Origin: Dehalococcoidia bacterium
Lineage (GTDB): Bacteria; Chloroflexota; Dehalococcoidia; Bin125
NCBI GenBank assembly: GCA_963663895.2
Contig: CAXXRD010000001.1
Location: 768,001-832,000 of the forward strand
Length of the DNA stretch: 64,000 nucleotides
Direction of reading: 5' to 3'
This document shows positions 1 to 9,058 of the stretch, piece by piece (within the stretch, counting starts at the first letter, position 1; each line of letters opens with the position of its first letter). The notes below the pieces were generated by a model. It ran no database searches. It worked only from the letters and a program-made list of their open reading frames with translations, and had not been told where the DNA came from. Position numbers and translations under genes: made by a program.

Positions 1-874
1 TGTGGATTCCCTCGCCGGAGAGGGGGTCGATGAGGCCGGCGGCGTCGCCAACGAAGGCGACGGAGTCGCGGGTCAGGGGCTCGTCGAAGCGGCGCAGCGG
101 CAGCGTGTAGCCACGCACGTCTTCGAGCTGCGCGGGGCTGAAGCCCTCGGAGGTCGCGTAGGCAGCAAGGTGGGTCTTGAGTTGCGGGCCGACGACCGGC
201 CAGCCGCCCACGCCGATGTTGGTGTGGCCGTCTTTGGGGAAGAGCCAGCCGTAGCCGCCGGGGAGAGAGCCGAGGTCGAGGGAGACGTGGTCCGGAGAGT
301 GCCGAGGGAGACCGGGGCTGTTGGCTTCGAGCGCGACGGCGCGGTCGAGGACGGGCATGTCCAAGGCGCGGCGGCTGACGCCATTGGCGCCGTCGGCCGC
401 GACCAGGGCGGCGGCGGCGGCGCGTTCTCCATCATGGAAGTCGACGATCATCCCGGCGCCGTTGCGATGGATCGCGGAGACGGCGCGGCCGTCCGCGAAG
501 GTAGCACCGGCCGTGACGGCTTGGCCGGCGAGGAAGGTGTCGAGGTCGCGGCGCCGGGTCATGATGGCAAGGGGCTCGGGATAGGTGTGCGCGAAGCCAC
601 GGTCGCGCTTGTAGGTGACGCGGAAGCCGTAGACGACGCGCCGGCTGACCGAGCGGAGGCTGAAGGGAAGCCGCGCGGCAGCGGCGACAAGGACGCCGCC
701 CCCGCAGGGCTTGCTGCGGGGGAAGCGCTCGCGGTCGACGAGGAGAACGCGCGCGCCGTGTTGCGCGAGGCGGAGAGCAGCGGTGGAGCCGCCGGGCCCG
801 GCACCCAAGACGATGACATCGTAATGGGGGAGGCCGTCCTGGGAGACGGGAGAGTGGACGCCCGTGGCGGTCAT
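1..874 (-). CDS. Geranylgeranyl reductase family FAD-dependent oxidoreductase (3' end beyond window)
   Basis: Missing from the ORF track; hand-translated from ATG 874: DVIVLGAGPGG (Rossmann), RERFPRSKPCGGG, AADGANG, GYGWLFPK, GDAAGLIDPLSGEGI. Start overlaps plsY stop (ATGA). Confidence 0.9.
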   Translation of the reverse strand, partial: MTATGVHSPVSQDGLPHYDVIVLGAGPGGSTAALRLAQHGARVLLVDRERFPRSKPCGGGVLVAAAARLPFSLRSVSRRVVYGFRVTYKRDRGFAHTYPEPLAIMTRRRDLDTFLAGQAVTAGATFADGRAVSAIHRNGAGMIVDFHDGERAAAAALVAADGANGVSRRALDMPVLDRAVALEANSPGLPRHSPDHVSLDLGSLPGGYGWLFPKDGHTNIGVGGWPVVGPQLKTHLAAYATSEGFSPAQLEDVRGYTLPLRRFDEPLTRDSVAFVGDAAGLIDPLSGEGIH

Positions 875-1479
875 GCGTCGGGCGGCGCGGCGGGCGTCTC
901 GGAGGCGAGAAGCCACGCGCGGATGCGTTGCCAGCGGTCGAAGGCGTCCTTGAGGCCAGCGAGGATGGGAGCGGCGAAGCAGAAGGCGATGACTTCGCCA
1001 GGGAGGTGGAAGGCGATGGCGAGGAATGGCAGGGGAGCGGCGACGACCAGGATGCCAAGCGGTGCGTGGCGGGTGGTGAGGAAGGTGACGGTGCCCGCCA
1101 AGAAGGTGAGGCCGAATTGCCAAGGCAGGAAGGCGCCGGCGGCGCCAAAACCGGTGGCGGCGCTGCGCCCCCCCCGAAAGCCGAGCCAGATGGGAAACAT
1201 ATGCCCGAGCATGACGACGAAGCCGGCGGCGACCCACCAGGCAGAATCGAGGTCGAGCCAGCGAGCAATGGAGACGGCGAGGAGGCCCTTGCCCGTGTCG
1301 AGCAGGAGGGCGATATGGCCGCTGAGCCAGCCAGCACCCTCACGGATAGCGTTGCCGGAGCCGACGTTGCGGTCACCGACGGTGCGGAGGTCTTTGCCGG
1401 TGCGCCAGTAAAAGATCAGCCAAGTGACCGGGATAGAGCCGATGAGGTAGGCGAGGATGAGAACGAGCGCTTCGTGCAT
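871..1479 (-). CDS. plsY: Glycerol-3-phosphate acyltransferase PlsY
   Basis: AYLIGSIP, DLRTVGDRNVGSGN, LDTGKG, GHMFPIWLGFRGG motifs; hydrophobic. Confidence 0.9.
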   Translation of the reverse strand: MHEALVLILAYLIGSIPVTWLIFYWRTGKDLRTVGDRNVGSGNAIREGAGWLSGHIALLLDTGKGLLAVSIARWLDLDSAWWVAAGFVVMLGHMFPIWLGFRGGRSAATGFGAAGAFLPWQFGLTFLAGTVTFLTTRHAPLGILVVAAPLPFLAIAFHLPGEVIAFCFAAPILAGLKDAFDRWQRIRAWLLASETPAAPPDA

Positions 1480-1514
1480 AGCCTTGCCGGCGCGGAAGCG
1501 TGCCGGGGGTGACG

Positions 1515-2456
1515 CTAGGCCCTGACCGGTTGGTCCGTGTAGAGGGGCTGGATCCAGCGCTCGTATTGGGGAAGGCGGCCGAGAGCAGCGCCGAAGTAGA
1601 GCTCCTGGAGCTTGGCGGTCACGGGGCCGATGCCGCCGCTGCCGATGACGCGCCCGTCGACTTCGAGAACGGGAGTGACGTGCGCGGCCGTACCGGTCAT
1701 GAAGAGCTCGTCGGCGACGTAGAGCTCGCTGCGGTCGATGGGAGATTCAAGCACTTCCAGGCCGATCTCGGCGCGGGCGAGCTCGATCACGGCGGCGCGC
1801 GTGATCCCGACGAGGATGTTGTCGGCGCTGGGGGGCGTGTAGAGCTTTCCGTTCATGACGAGAAAGATGTTTTCGCCGCTTCCTTCCGAAACGTGACCGT
1901 CCTCGTTGAGGAGGATGGCCTCTTCGTAGCCGCGCTGGAAGGCTTCCGTCTTGGCGAGGGCGGAATTGACGTAGACGCCGTTGACCTTGGCGCGGACGGG
2001 AATCGCCGTGTCTTCGGCGCGGCGCCAAGAAGAGGTGCAGCAGCGGATGCCTTTGTCGATGTCGAGATAGGCGCCAAAGGGCGCCGTGTAAATGAGCAGG
2101 TCTTGCTCGACATCATGGAGGCGGACCCCGAGCACTTCCTGGGACTTGTAGACCATGGGGCGAACGTACATGTCCTCGCGGAAGGCGGCTTTGCGAAGCA
2201 GCTCATGGGTGATCGCGACGAGCTGCTCGTCCGCGTAGTCGATCTCCATCATGAGGATATGGGCGCTCTTGCGGAGCCGCTGAAAATGCTCGATCGCGCG
2301 GAAGAGATAGAGCTGCTGCTGGTCGGAGTTCCAGTTGGCGCGGATGCCTTCGAAAACGGCGGTGCCGTAGTTGAAGGCGTGAGTCATGATACCGATCTTG
2401 GCCTCGGCCAAGGGCATGAACTCACCTTTGAAGAATGCGTAGGGGGTGCCAGCCAT
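1515..2456 (-). CDS. ilvE: Branched-chain amino acid aminotransferase
   Basis: HAFNYGTAVFEGIRA, AKVNGVYVNS (PLP Lys), EGSGENIF, ILVGITR, ELFMTGTAA. Confidence 0.95.
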   Translation of the reverse strand: MAGTPYAFFKGEFMPLAEAKIGIMTHAFNYGTAVFEGIRANWNSDQQQLYLFRAIEHFQRLRKSAHILMMEIDYADEQLVAITHELLRKAAFREDMYVRPMVYKSQEVLGVRLHDVEQDLLIYTAPFGAYLDIDKGIRCCTSSWRRAEDTAIPVRAKVNGVYVNSALAKTEAFQRGYEEAILLNEDGHVSEGSGENIFLVMNGKLYTPPSADNILVGITRAAVIELARAEIGLEVLESPIDRSELYVADELFMTGTAAHVTPVLEVDGRVIGSGGIGPVTAKLQELYFGAALGRLPQYERWIQPLYTDQPVRA

Positions 2457-2639
2457 CGCGCGGGACCTCCTGTTAAAGCAGCGTGGTTGGGAACGCGCAA
2501 GCCGGGCCAGTATAGAACGCGATCGCCCCTGCCGCGTGTGCCGCCGCTACGCTGTTCCCTTGCGAACGCCTGGGGCCGCTCAGCAGCGTGTTACGCTCCG
2601 GCTCCGAAGAGCGCCGTGCCCCGAGCGGAGGAGCGATCT

Positions 2640-3503
2640 ATGGCCGTGCCGCGCTACACCGTTGGTGCTTTGAGTATCGCAGTCGTGTCGGATGGGACGA
2701 TGTGGCGGGACGGAGGGGCCGTGTTCGGCGCGGTGCCGAAGATGCTGTGGTCGCGAGTGTGCCCCGAGATCAACGAACGCAATGAGGTGCCGTTAGGACT
2801 GAACTGCCTGCTCGTGGAGTCCGAAGGCAAGACCGTGCTGATCGACACGGGTTACGGCAACAAGAACACGGCGCTGTTGGAGAAGCGCGGGGTGCCGGTT
2901 GAACACGGGCGGCTGCTCGCGTCGTTGGAGGCGGCGGGGGTGGGCGTGGAGGATGTCGACGTGGTGATCAACAGCCACTTACACAGCGATCACTGCGGCT
3001 GGAACACACGCCGCGCGGGGGAAGATCTGCGGCCAACGTTTCCCAGGGCACGCTACTACGTGCAGCGGGCAGAGTGGGAAGCAGCGCTCCACCCCAACGA
3101 GCGCACGCGGGCGGGCTACGATGCGGAGCACCTCCTGCCGCTCGCGGAGGCGGGGCAGGTGGAGTTCCTAGAGGGCGAGTACCAAGTGACGCGGGAGATT
3201 CGCGTGATCGAAGCGCACGGGCACACGGCGGATCATGCAGCGGTGATCATCAGCAGTGGCGGCGAGACCGCCGTCTACTTGGGCGATCTGGTGCACCATG
3301 CGGTGCAATTGGAGCGGCTGCCATGGCTGTGCGCCTACGACGACCTGCCCCTCATGTCGATGGAGACGAAGCGGAGGATCGTGGCGGAGGCGGTCGCGCA
3401 TAATCAGCTGCTGATTAGCGCCCACAACACCTTTCCGGGAGTCGGACGGCTACGATCGCAGGAGGGAAAGACACAGTACTTGGTCGAGGCGGGAGGCGCG
3501 TAG
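2640..3503 (+). CDS. MBL-fold metallo-hydrolase, YtnP-like
   Basis: DGGAVFGAVPKMLW, SHLHSDHCG (HxHxDH), GHTADH, GDL; GGAGGAG RBS before ATG 2640. The longer ORF-track start is antisense to ilvE. Confidence 0.9.
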   Translation: MAVPRYTVGALSIAVVSDGTMWRDGGAVFGAVPKMLWSRVCPEINERNEVPLGLNCLLVESEGKTVLIDTGYGNKNTALLEKRGVPVEHGRLLASLEAAGVGVEDVDVVINSHLHSDHCGWNTRRAGEDLRPTFPRARYYVQRAEWEAALHPNERTRAGYDAEHLLPLAEAGQVEFLEGEYQVTREIRVIEAHGHTADHAAVIISSGGETAVYLGDLVHHAVQLERLPWLCAYDDLPLMSMETKRRIVAEAVAHNQLLISAHNTFPGVGRLRSQEGKTQYLVEAGGA

Positions 3504-3521
3504 TCCGAGGGAGGAGATGCC

Positions 3522-4166
3522 GTGGTCAGTCCCCAGAACATCGAGAACTGGCTCAAGCAGCAAGAGGCGAACGAGGTCGAGGCGGCGACGCAGCGGCGCA
3601 AAGTCTACATTCAACAGCGGCGGCTGGGCGATTGGGTCGCGCGGATCGAAGAGTCGGAGGAGGTGCCGGATCTGGACGCGGTCGACCGGGCATTCCTGCT
3701 GGTATGGCACAAAGGAAAGCCCTTGGTGGTACGGCGGGGCGGGGCCTTCGAGCCGTGGCTGGTGCCGACGCTGGATCGCGCGGCGGAGCCGGAGCTGTTC
3801 GACGACTCGGCCGCCCCGAGGACGCGGAGTCGCGCGAAGCGGATGGGGCGATGGCTGAAAAGCATCGCGCGAGAGCGCTGGGGGATCGGCATGGGCGGCT
3901 GGTATCAATGGGGCTTCGAGCGACGGACGGCGACGACGGAGGCGACCGAGGCGGCGCCCGGAAGCGAGCGCTTCCACCTGTTCCTGTGCCTGACGGCGAC
4001 CAAGCTGGCCGATCTGGAAGTGGATGGCGAGTGGGCGCGACGGTACGCAGTGACGCGAGACTTGAACAAGCTGGTACGCGACCAGCACCTTGAGTTCGAG
4101 ACGGCGCTCATGCAGGCACACAGCAGCTACTTGGTCCGGCAGCAGACCGGCAGCGCGGGATCGTGA
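3522..4166 (+). CDS. Hypothetical protein
   Basis: GGAGGAG RBS, protein-like composition, stop overlaps gcvT start (GTGA); no family recognised. Confidence 0.65.
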   Translation: MVSPQNIENWLKQQEANEVEAATQRRKVYIQQRRLGDWVARIEESEEVPDLDAVDRAFLLVWHKGKPLVVRRGGAFEPWLVPTLDRAAEPELFDDSAAPRTRSRAKRMGRWLKSIARERWGIGMGGWYQWGFERRTATTEATEAAPGSERFHLFLCLTATKLADLEVDGEWARRYAVTRDLNKLVRDQHLEFETALMQAHSSYLVRQQTGSAGS

Positions 4167-5251
4167 CGCGGGCGCTCCTGCAACTGGCGCTGCGTGACCG
4201 ACACGCAGCCCGGGGGGCGCGCTTCGCGCCGTTCGCCGGGTGGGCGATGCCGGTGCAGTATGGGGGGATTCTGGAGGAGCATGCGGCGGTACGGAACGGG
4301 GTAGGGGTTTTCGACGTCTCGCATCTAGGCCGGGTGTGGGTGCAAGGCGCGGGGGCGGGGGCGGCGATCCGGTCGGTGAGCACGTATGACGTGACGCGGC
4401 TGGAGCCGGGGCGAGCACACTACAGCCTGTACTGCACGCCGGAGGGGGGAATCGCAGACGATATTTTCGTGTACCACGTGGCGGCGGAGCGGTGGCTCGT
4501 GGTGCACAACGCGGCCAACGCGGCGGCGGACTATGCGCGGCTGGCGGCAGTGAAGCAGGGAGCGGTGGAAGAGGTGACGCGCGCAACGGTCATGCTTGCG
4601 GTCCAAGGACCGGAGGCGCGAGCGACGCTGGGGGCGGTGCTGGGCGCGGAGGTGTGGGATCTGGAGCTGCACGACTGTCGGGAGTTGTCGTGGGGGGGAG
4701 GAGCCGTGATCTTCGCGCGGACGGGCTACACGGGAGAGGACGGAGGCGAGTGCATCACGGATCGAGAGCGGGCGGGTCCGTTGTGGGACGCGTTGGTCGA
4801 GGCGGGCGCGGCGCCCGTGGGGCTGGGCGCACGCGACACATTACGCTTGGAAGCGGCGCTGCCGCTGCACGGCAACGACATCGACACGGACAGGCATCCG
4901 TACGAAGCGGGGCTGGGGTGGGCGGTGACCCTGCAAGACGCGGCGCCGTTTACGGGGCGGGAGGCGCTGGTCCGGATCAAGGAGAGGCCGCGGGAGCAGC
5001 GGCTGGGGCATCTACGAGCGCTGGAGCGCGGAGTGCCGCGCGCGGGATATCCGGTCTACAACAACGCAGGCGAGGCTATCTCGCGCTTGACCAGTGGGGC
5101 GTACAGTCCGACGCTACGACTTGGGATCGGGATGGCGTACCTGCCGCGCGCGTTGACGGAGCCAGGAACACGACTCATGGTTGATGTACGAGGACGGTCC
5201 TTGCCGATGGGAGTCGTACGGCGGCCGTTCTACAAGCGCGAAGAGGCGTAG
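4163..5251 (+). CDS. gcvT: Glycine cleavage system aminomethyltransferase T
   Basis: FAGWAMPVQY, FDVSHLG, RTGYTGEDG, GLGARDTLRLEA. Confidence 0.97.
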   Translation: MTRALLQLALRDRHAARGARFAPFAGWAMPVQYGGILEEHAAVRNGVGVFDVSHLGRVWVQGAGAGAAIRSVSTYDVTRLEPGRAHYSLYCTPEGGIADDIFVYHVAAERWLVVHNAANAAADYARLAAVKQGAVEEVTRATVMLAVQGPEARATLGAVLGAEVWDLELHDCRELSWGGGAVIFARTGYTGEDGGECITDRERAGPLWDALVEAGAAPVGLGARDTLRLEAALPLHGNDIDTDRHPYEAGLGWAVTLQDAAPFTGREALVRIKERPREQRLGHLRALERGVPRAGYPVYNNAGEAISRLTSGAYSPTLRLGIGMAYLPRALTEPGTRLMVDVRGRSLPMGVVRRPFYKREEA

Positions 5252-5263
5252 GTCGGCAGAGCG

Positions 5264-5647
5264 ATGGAGTTACCCACGGATCTTCGGTACACCTCCGAGC
5301 ACGAGTGGATCCGGCTCGACGGGGATGAAGGGACCGTGGGAATCACCGACTTCGCCCAGGAGCAGCTGGGCGACGTGGTGTACGTTGAGCTGCCCGAGGC
5401 GGGGACGCAGCTTGTGCAAGGCGACACGTTCGGGAGCGTCGAGTCGGTGAAAGCGGTATCGGACTTGTTTGCGCCGGTGAGTGGCGAGGTGTTGGAGCGG
5501 AACGAGTCGCTGCTGGACGCGCCCGAACTCGTGAACACGTCGCCTTACGTGGACGGCTGGCTGCTCAAGCTGCGGGTGGAGGAACTGACGCAGGTGGACG
5601 CGCTGCTGGACGCTGCATCCTACAGGAGCGAGACGGAGAGCGCCTGA
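5264..5647 (+). CDS. gcvH: Glycine cleavage system H protein
   Basis: HEW, GITDFAQEQLGDVVYV, VESVKAVSD (lipoyl-Lys). Confidence 0.97.
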   Translation: MELPTDLRYTSEHEWIRLDGDEGTVGITDFAQEQLGDVVYVELPEAGTQLVQGDTFGSVESVKAVSDLFAPVSGEVLERNESLLDAPELVNTSPYVDGWLLKLRVEELTQVDALLDAASYRSETESA

Positions 5648-5648
5648 G

Positions 5649-7043
5649 GTGAAGGGCCGAGCGGGCGCGGCGCCTACTCCATACATCCCCAACACGGACG
5701 CGGACCGGGCGGCGATGCTGGCGCGGGTAGGGCTGGCGTCGACGGAGGAGCTGTTCAAGGAGCTGCCGACAGATCAGCGGGATCCGCTGATCGATCTGCC
5801 GCCCTCTTTGGGCGATCTGGACCTGCTGGAGCACCTGCGGACGCTGGCACGCCGCAACGCGGCGGCGCAGGAGCGGCCCAGCTTCTTGGGCGCGGGGGCC
5901 TACCGGCGGTCCGTGCCGGCTGTCACGGGGTCGTTAGCGGCGCGCTCGGAGTTCATGACGGCGTATACCCCCTATCAGCCCGAGATCAGCCAGGGAACGT
6001 TGCAGAGCGCTTTCGAGTTCCAGTCGGTGGTATGTGAGCTGGCGGGGCTCGCTGTTGCGAACACCGGTTTGTACGACGGCGCCAGTGCGACGGCGGAGGC
6101 GTGCCTGCTGGCGGCGCGGGTGACGCGCCGCAGCGCCGTGGCGCTGCTGGAGCCGATACACGCCGGAACGGTAGACGTGGTGCGGACCTACGCCTATGGG
6201 ATGGGATTGCGAGTAGACGTGATCGGGTCCGCCGCGCAACTGACCGACGAGCACGCAGCGGTTGTCGCGCAACAGCCCGATTTTCTGGGGACGATCCGCG
6301 ATATCGAGCCGATCGCCGAGGCGGCGCACGCCGTTGGGGCACTGTGCGTGACGGTGGTGGATCCGCTGACGCTGGGGCTGCTGCGAGCCCCCGGCGACGC
6401 CGGTGCCGACATCGTGACGGGAGAGGGACGGGATCTGGCGGGGCCGGTCGCGTTCGGAGGGCCATCGTTAGGATTGTTCGCGGCGCGGGAAGTTTATTTG
6501 CGGCAGATGCCCGGCCGGATTGTGGGCCGGACGCAGGAGCAGCGCGGGGCGCGGCGCGGCGATGGGAGCGAGGCGCCACCGCGGACGGGTTACGTGCTCA
6601 CGCTGCAGACGCGCGAGCAGTTCATCCGGCGGGAGCGAGCAACGTCCAACTTTTCGACGGGGCAGTCGCTGCTGGCGCTGGCGTTCACGATCACCCTGCA
6701 GGCGCTGGGTCCGCAGGGGCTGCGCGAGCAGGCGACACTCTGCTACCAGAAGGCGCACAACGCGGCAGCCCGGGCGGCGGCGATCCCGGGCTTTGCGGTC
6801 GTGGAGCGGGGACCGTGGTTCCAGGAGTTCCTGCTCCGAGGCCCGCTTCCGGCGGCGGCAGTGCGGGCGGCGCTGGCGGAACGGGGGATCGAAGCAGGGC
6901 TGGACGTGTCCGATCGGAGTGAGCCCGCCGCGCGCGAGGCGCTGCTGATGTGCGTGACGGAGACAACGACCGAGCGGGAGGTGGATGCACTGGTGGCGGC
7001 GCTCACGGCGATCGGGGGCGCGACGGGGACGGGACGTGATTGA
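5649..7043 (+). CDS. gcvPA: Glycine dehydrogenase (decarboxylating) subunit 1
   Basis: FLGAGAY, EFMTAYTPYQPEISQG, LQTREQFIRRERATSN. Confidence 0.95.
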   Translation: MKGRAGAAPTPYIPNTDADRAAMLARVGLASTEELFKELPTDQRDPLIDLPPSLGDLDLLEHLRTLARRNAAAQERPSFLGAGAYRRSVPAVTGSLAARSEFMTAYTPYQPEISQGTLQSAFEFQSVVCELAGLAVANTGLYDGASATAEACLLAARVTRRSAVALLEPIHAGTVDVVRTYAYGMGLRVDVIGSAAQLTDEHAAVVAQQPDFLGTIRDIEPIAEAAHAVGALCVTVVDPLTLGLLRAPGDAGADIVTGEGRDLAGPVAFGGPSLGLFAAREVYLRQMPGRIVGRTQEQRGARRGDGSEAPPRTGYVLTLQTREQFIRRERATSNFSTGQSLLALAFTITLQALGPQGLREQATLCYQKAHNAAARAAAIPGFAVVERGPWFQEFLLRGPLPAAAVRAALAERGIEAGLDVSDRSEPAAREALLMCVTETTTEREVDALVAALTAIGGATGTGRD

Positions 7044-8568
7044 GCGGGCGATCGGGGAAGAGGATTTCGGCGCGCGGCTGGCGTTCGACCGCGGTGCGGC
7101 CGGGCGGCGCGCGGCGGCGGTACCGCAGTGGCAGGGACGGGAGACCCCACTCCCGGCTGCGCACTTGCTGCGCGATTCGGTGCGGCTCCCGGAGCTGAGC
7201 CAGGGCGAGTTGGTGCGGTACTACACCGCGCTGTCGCAGCGAAATTTTGGGGTGGACACGGGCTCGTATCCACTGGGTTCCTGCTCGATGAAGTACAACC
7301 CCAAGGTGAACGACTTGGTTGCGTCGCTGCCCGGGCTCGCCAACGCGCATCCGGCGGAGCCGGAGGCCGCACAGGGAACACTGCGGATCCTCCTGGATCT
7401 GCAGCGAGCGCTGGGCGCGATCACGGGACTGCCGCACGTCAGCCTCGCTCCCGCAGCGGGCGCCCAGGGCGAGCTGGCCGGGATTTTAATGATCCGGCGG
7501 GCGCTGGAGCAGCGGGGCGAGATCGACAAGCGGCGGCGCGTGTTGGTGCCAGACAGCGCCCACGGAACCAACCCCGCGACGGCGGCGATGGCCGGCTTCA
7601 CGGTGACACAGATTCCGACGGCGGCGGATGGGGCGATGGACCGCGCGGCCCTGGCAGCGGAGCTGGACGGATCGGTCGCGGCGATGATGGTGACGTTACC
7701 CAACACGCTGGGGCTGTGGGAGACGGGGATCGAGGAGGTGGCGCGCGATCTCCACCGCGTGGGGGCGTTCGTGTACGGAGACGGCGCGAATTTGAACGCC
7801 ATCGTCGGACGGGTGCGGTATGGGGATCTGGGGATCGATATCGCGCACCTGAACCTGCACAAGACGTTCAGCACGCCGCATGGGGGAGGAGGACCGGGAG
7901 CGGGACCGGTTTGCGCAAGCACGGCGCTGGCGCCGTATCTCCCGGCCCCGGTGGTGGCGGAAGGAAGTACGGGCACGCTGGCGCTGCACCGACCCGGGGA
8001 GAGCATCGGACAGCTGCAGCAGTTCCACGGGAGTGTGGGAGTGCTGGTGCGGGCTTACGCCTATATCCGAACGCTGGGCTTGGCGGGGCTGCGAGCGGTC
8101 TCGGAGAACGCGGACCTCAACGCGAACTACTTACGCGTACTCCTGGAGCCGCACTACGATCTGCCGCACCCGCGCCAGGGGTTGCACGAGGTCGTGTTCT
8201 CGGGATCGCGACAGCGCAAAGCGGGAGTACGCGCTTACGACATCGCCAAGCGCTTGATCGACTACGGGTTACACCCTCCGACGGTCTATTTCCCGCTGAT
8301 CGTAGACGAGGCGCTGATGATCGAGCCGACGGAGACGGAGTCGCGGGAGGATATCGAACGCTACGCGGCGGCTCTGGTGGCGATCGCGGAGGAGGCGGAG
8401 CGGGATCCGGAAGCGCTGGAAGCGGCGCCGCAGCGCACGCCGATCGGGCGGCTCGACGAGACGCGGGCGGCGCGCCGGCCGGTGCTGCGCTGGCCCGGCC
8501 CGGAAACCAAGCCGTGCGGGAGCAAGGGGACGGTCGAGCGACAGGTGCAGGAAGCGGCGGGAGCTTAA
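7036..8568 (+). CDS. gcvPB: Glycine dehydrogenase (decarboxylating) subunit 2
   Basis: YPLGSCSMKYNP, PDSAHGTNPA, HLNLHKTFSTPHGGGGPG; start taken as GTG 7036 overlapping gcvPA. Confidence 0.95.
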   Translation: MIERAIGEEDFGARLAFDRGAAGRRAAAVPQWQGRETPLPAAHLLRDSVRLPELSQGELVRYYTALSQRNFGVDTGSYPLGSCSMKYNPKVNDLVASLPGLANAHPAEPEAAQGTLRILLDLQRALGAITGLPHVSLAPAAGAQGELAGILMIRRALEQRGEIDKRRRVLVPDSAHGTNPATAAMAGFTVTQIPTAADGAMDRAALAAELDGSVAAMMVTLPNTLGLWETGIEEVARDLHRVGAFVYGDGANLNAIVGRVRYGDLGIDIAHLNLHKTFSTPHGGGGPGAGPVCASTALAPYLPAPVVAEGSTGTLALHRPGESIGQLQQFHGSVGVLVRAYAYIRTLGLAGLRAVSENADLNANYLRVLLEPHYDLPHPRQGLHEVVFSGSRQRKAGVRAYDIAKRLIDYGLHPPTVYFPLIVDEALMIEPTETESREDIERYAAALVAIAEEAERDPEALEAAPQRTPIGRLDETRAARRPVLRWPGPETKPCGSKGTVERQVQEAAGA

Positions 8569-8570
8569 TA

Positions 8571-8609
8571 CACCGCCGCCCCGGACTTGCGACCGGGGCG
8601 GGGTGGTGG
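8571..8609. terminator. GC-rich hairpin between convergent genes
   Basis: CGCCCCGG-N8-CCGGGGCG core with CACC/GGTG extension just after gcvPB stop; no U-tract. Confidence 0.5.
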
Positions 8610-8825
8610 CTAGGCGGCTTCCTGGCTGCGGCGGTGGTCGCTGAGAGCCGTGACCGCGGCGGCGCGGTCGAGCTCAGCGCCCGCACGGACGAGAGTCCGG
8701 GCGGCCAGGGAGCGGAAGCGGGGGAGATTGGTCGGGCGCTGCGAACTGCGGGACTCGGCCTTCCCCACTTCGCGCCGGTTCTCTGCCATGGCCGAGCGAA
8801 TCTGGTTTTCAATGTAGAGGTTCAA
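8610..8825 (-). CDS. Small hypothetical protein (~71 aa)
   Basis: AAAGGAG RBS before TTG 8825 (MNLYIENQIRSAMAENRRE...). Confidence 0.5.
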   Translation of the reverse strand: MNLYIENQIRSAMAENRREVGKAESRSSQRPTNLPRFRSLAARTLVRAGAELDRAAAVTALSDHRRSQEAA

Positions 8826-8850
8826 AACGGGCTCCTTTCTGTGATGCCTT

Positions 8851-8887
8851 TGCGATCCTCTTCGCATCTCTTGCGATTATCTTCACA
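8851..8887. promoter_or_regulatory. Two tandem CRP/FNR-type boxes
   Basis: TGCGA-N6-TCGCA (8851-8866) and TGCGA-N6-TCACA (8872-8887) in an AT-rich divergent intergenic region; CRP consensus is TGTGA-N6-TCACA. Confidence 0.6.
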
Positions 8888-9058
8888 AATTTAAACGGCG
8901 CAGGTCGGCAGTTTGTTGCAGCCGAACTGTTAAGCGTGTGTTGAACTGACACGCGGATTACGGAGAGAGCGGGCCGCGACGCGCGCGCGGCGGGCCGCGT
9001 AGAATACGCGGAAGCGGCGCCACGGGACGGCGCCGAGGAGCAGCTTAGGGGGATTGGC

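Noticed and set aside
2-1411. 469-aa plus-strand ORF and other long shadow ORFs (24467-27196 -, 45992-47698 +, 28768-30471 +, 12111-13679 -)
   Set aside because: Antisense or alternate-frame shadows of well-supported genes in high-GC DNA; no motifs.
2457-2640. Glycine riboswitch upstream of the gcv operon
   Set aside because: No GGAGA...CCGAAG...CTCAGG-type aptamer recognisable.
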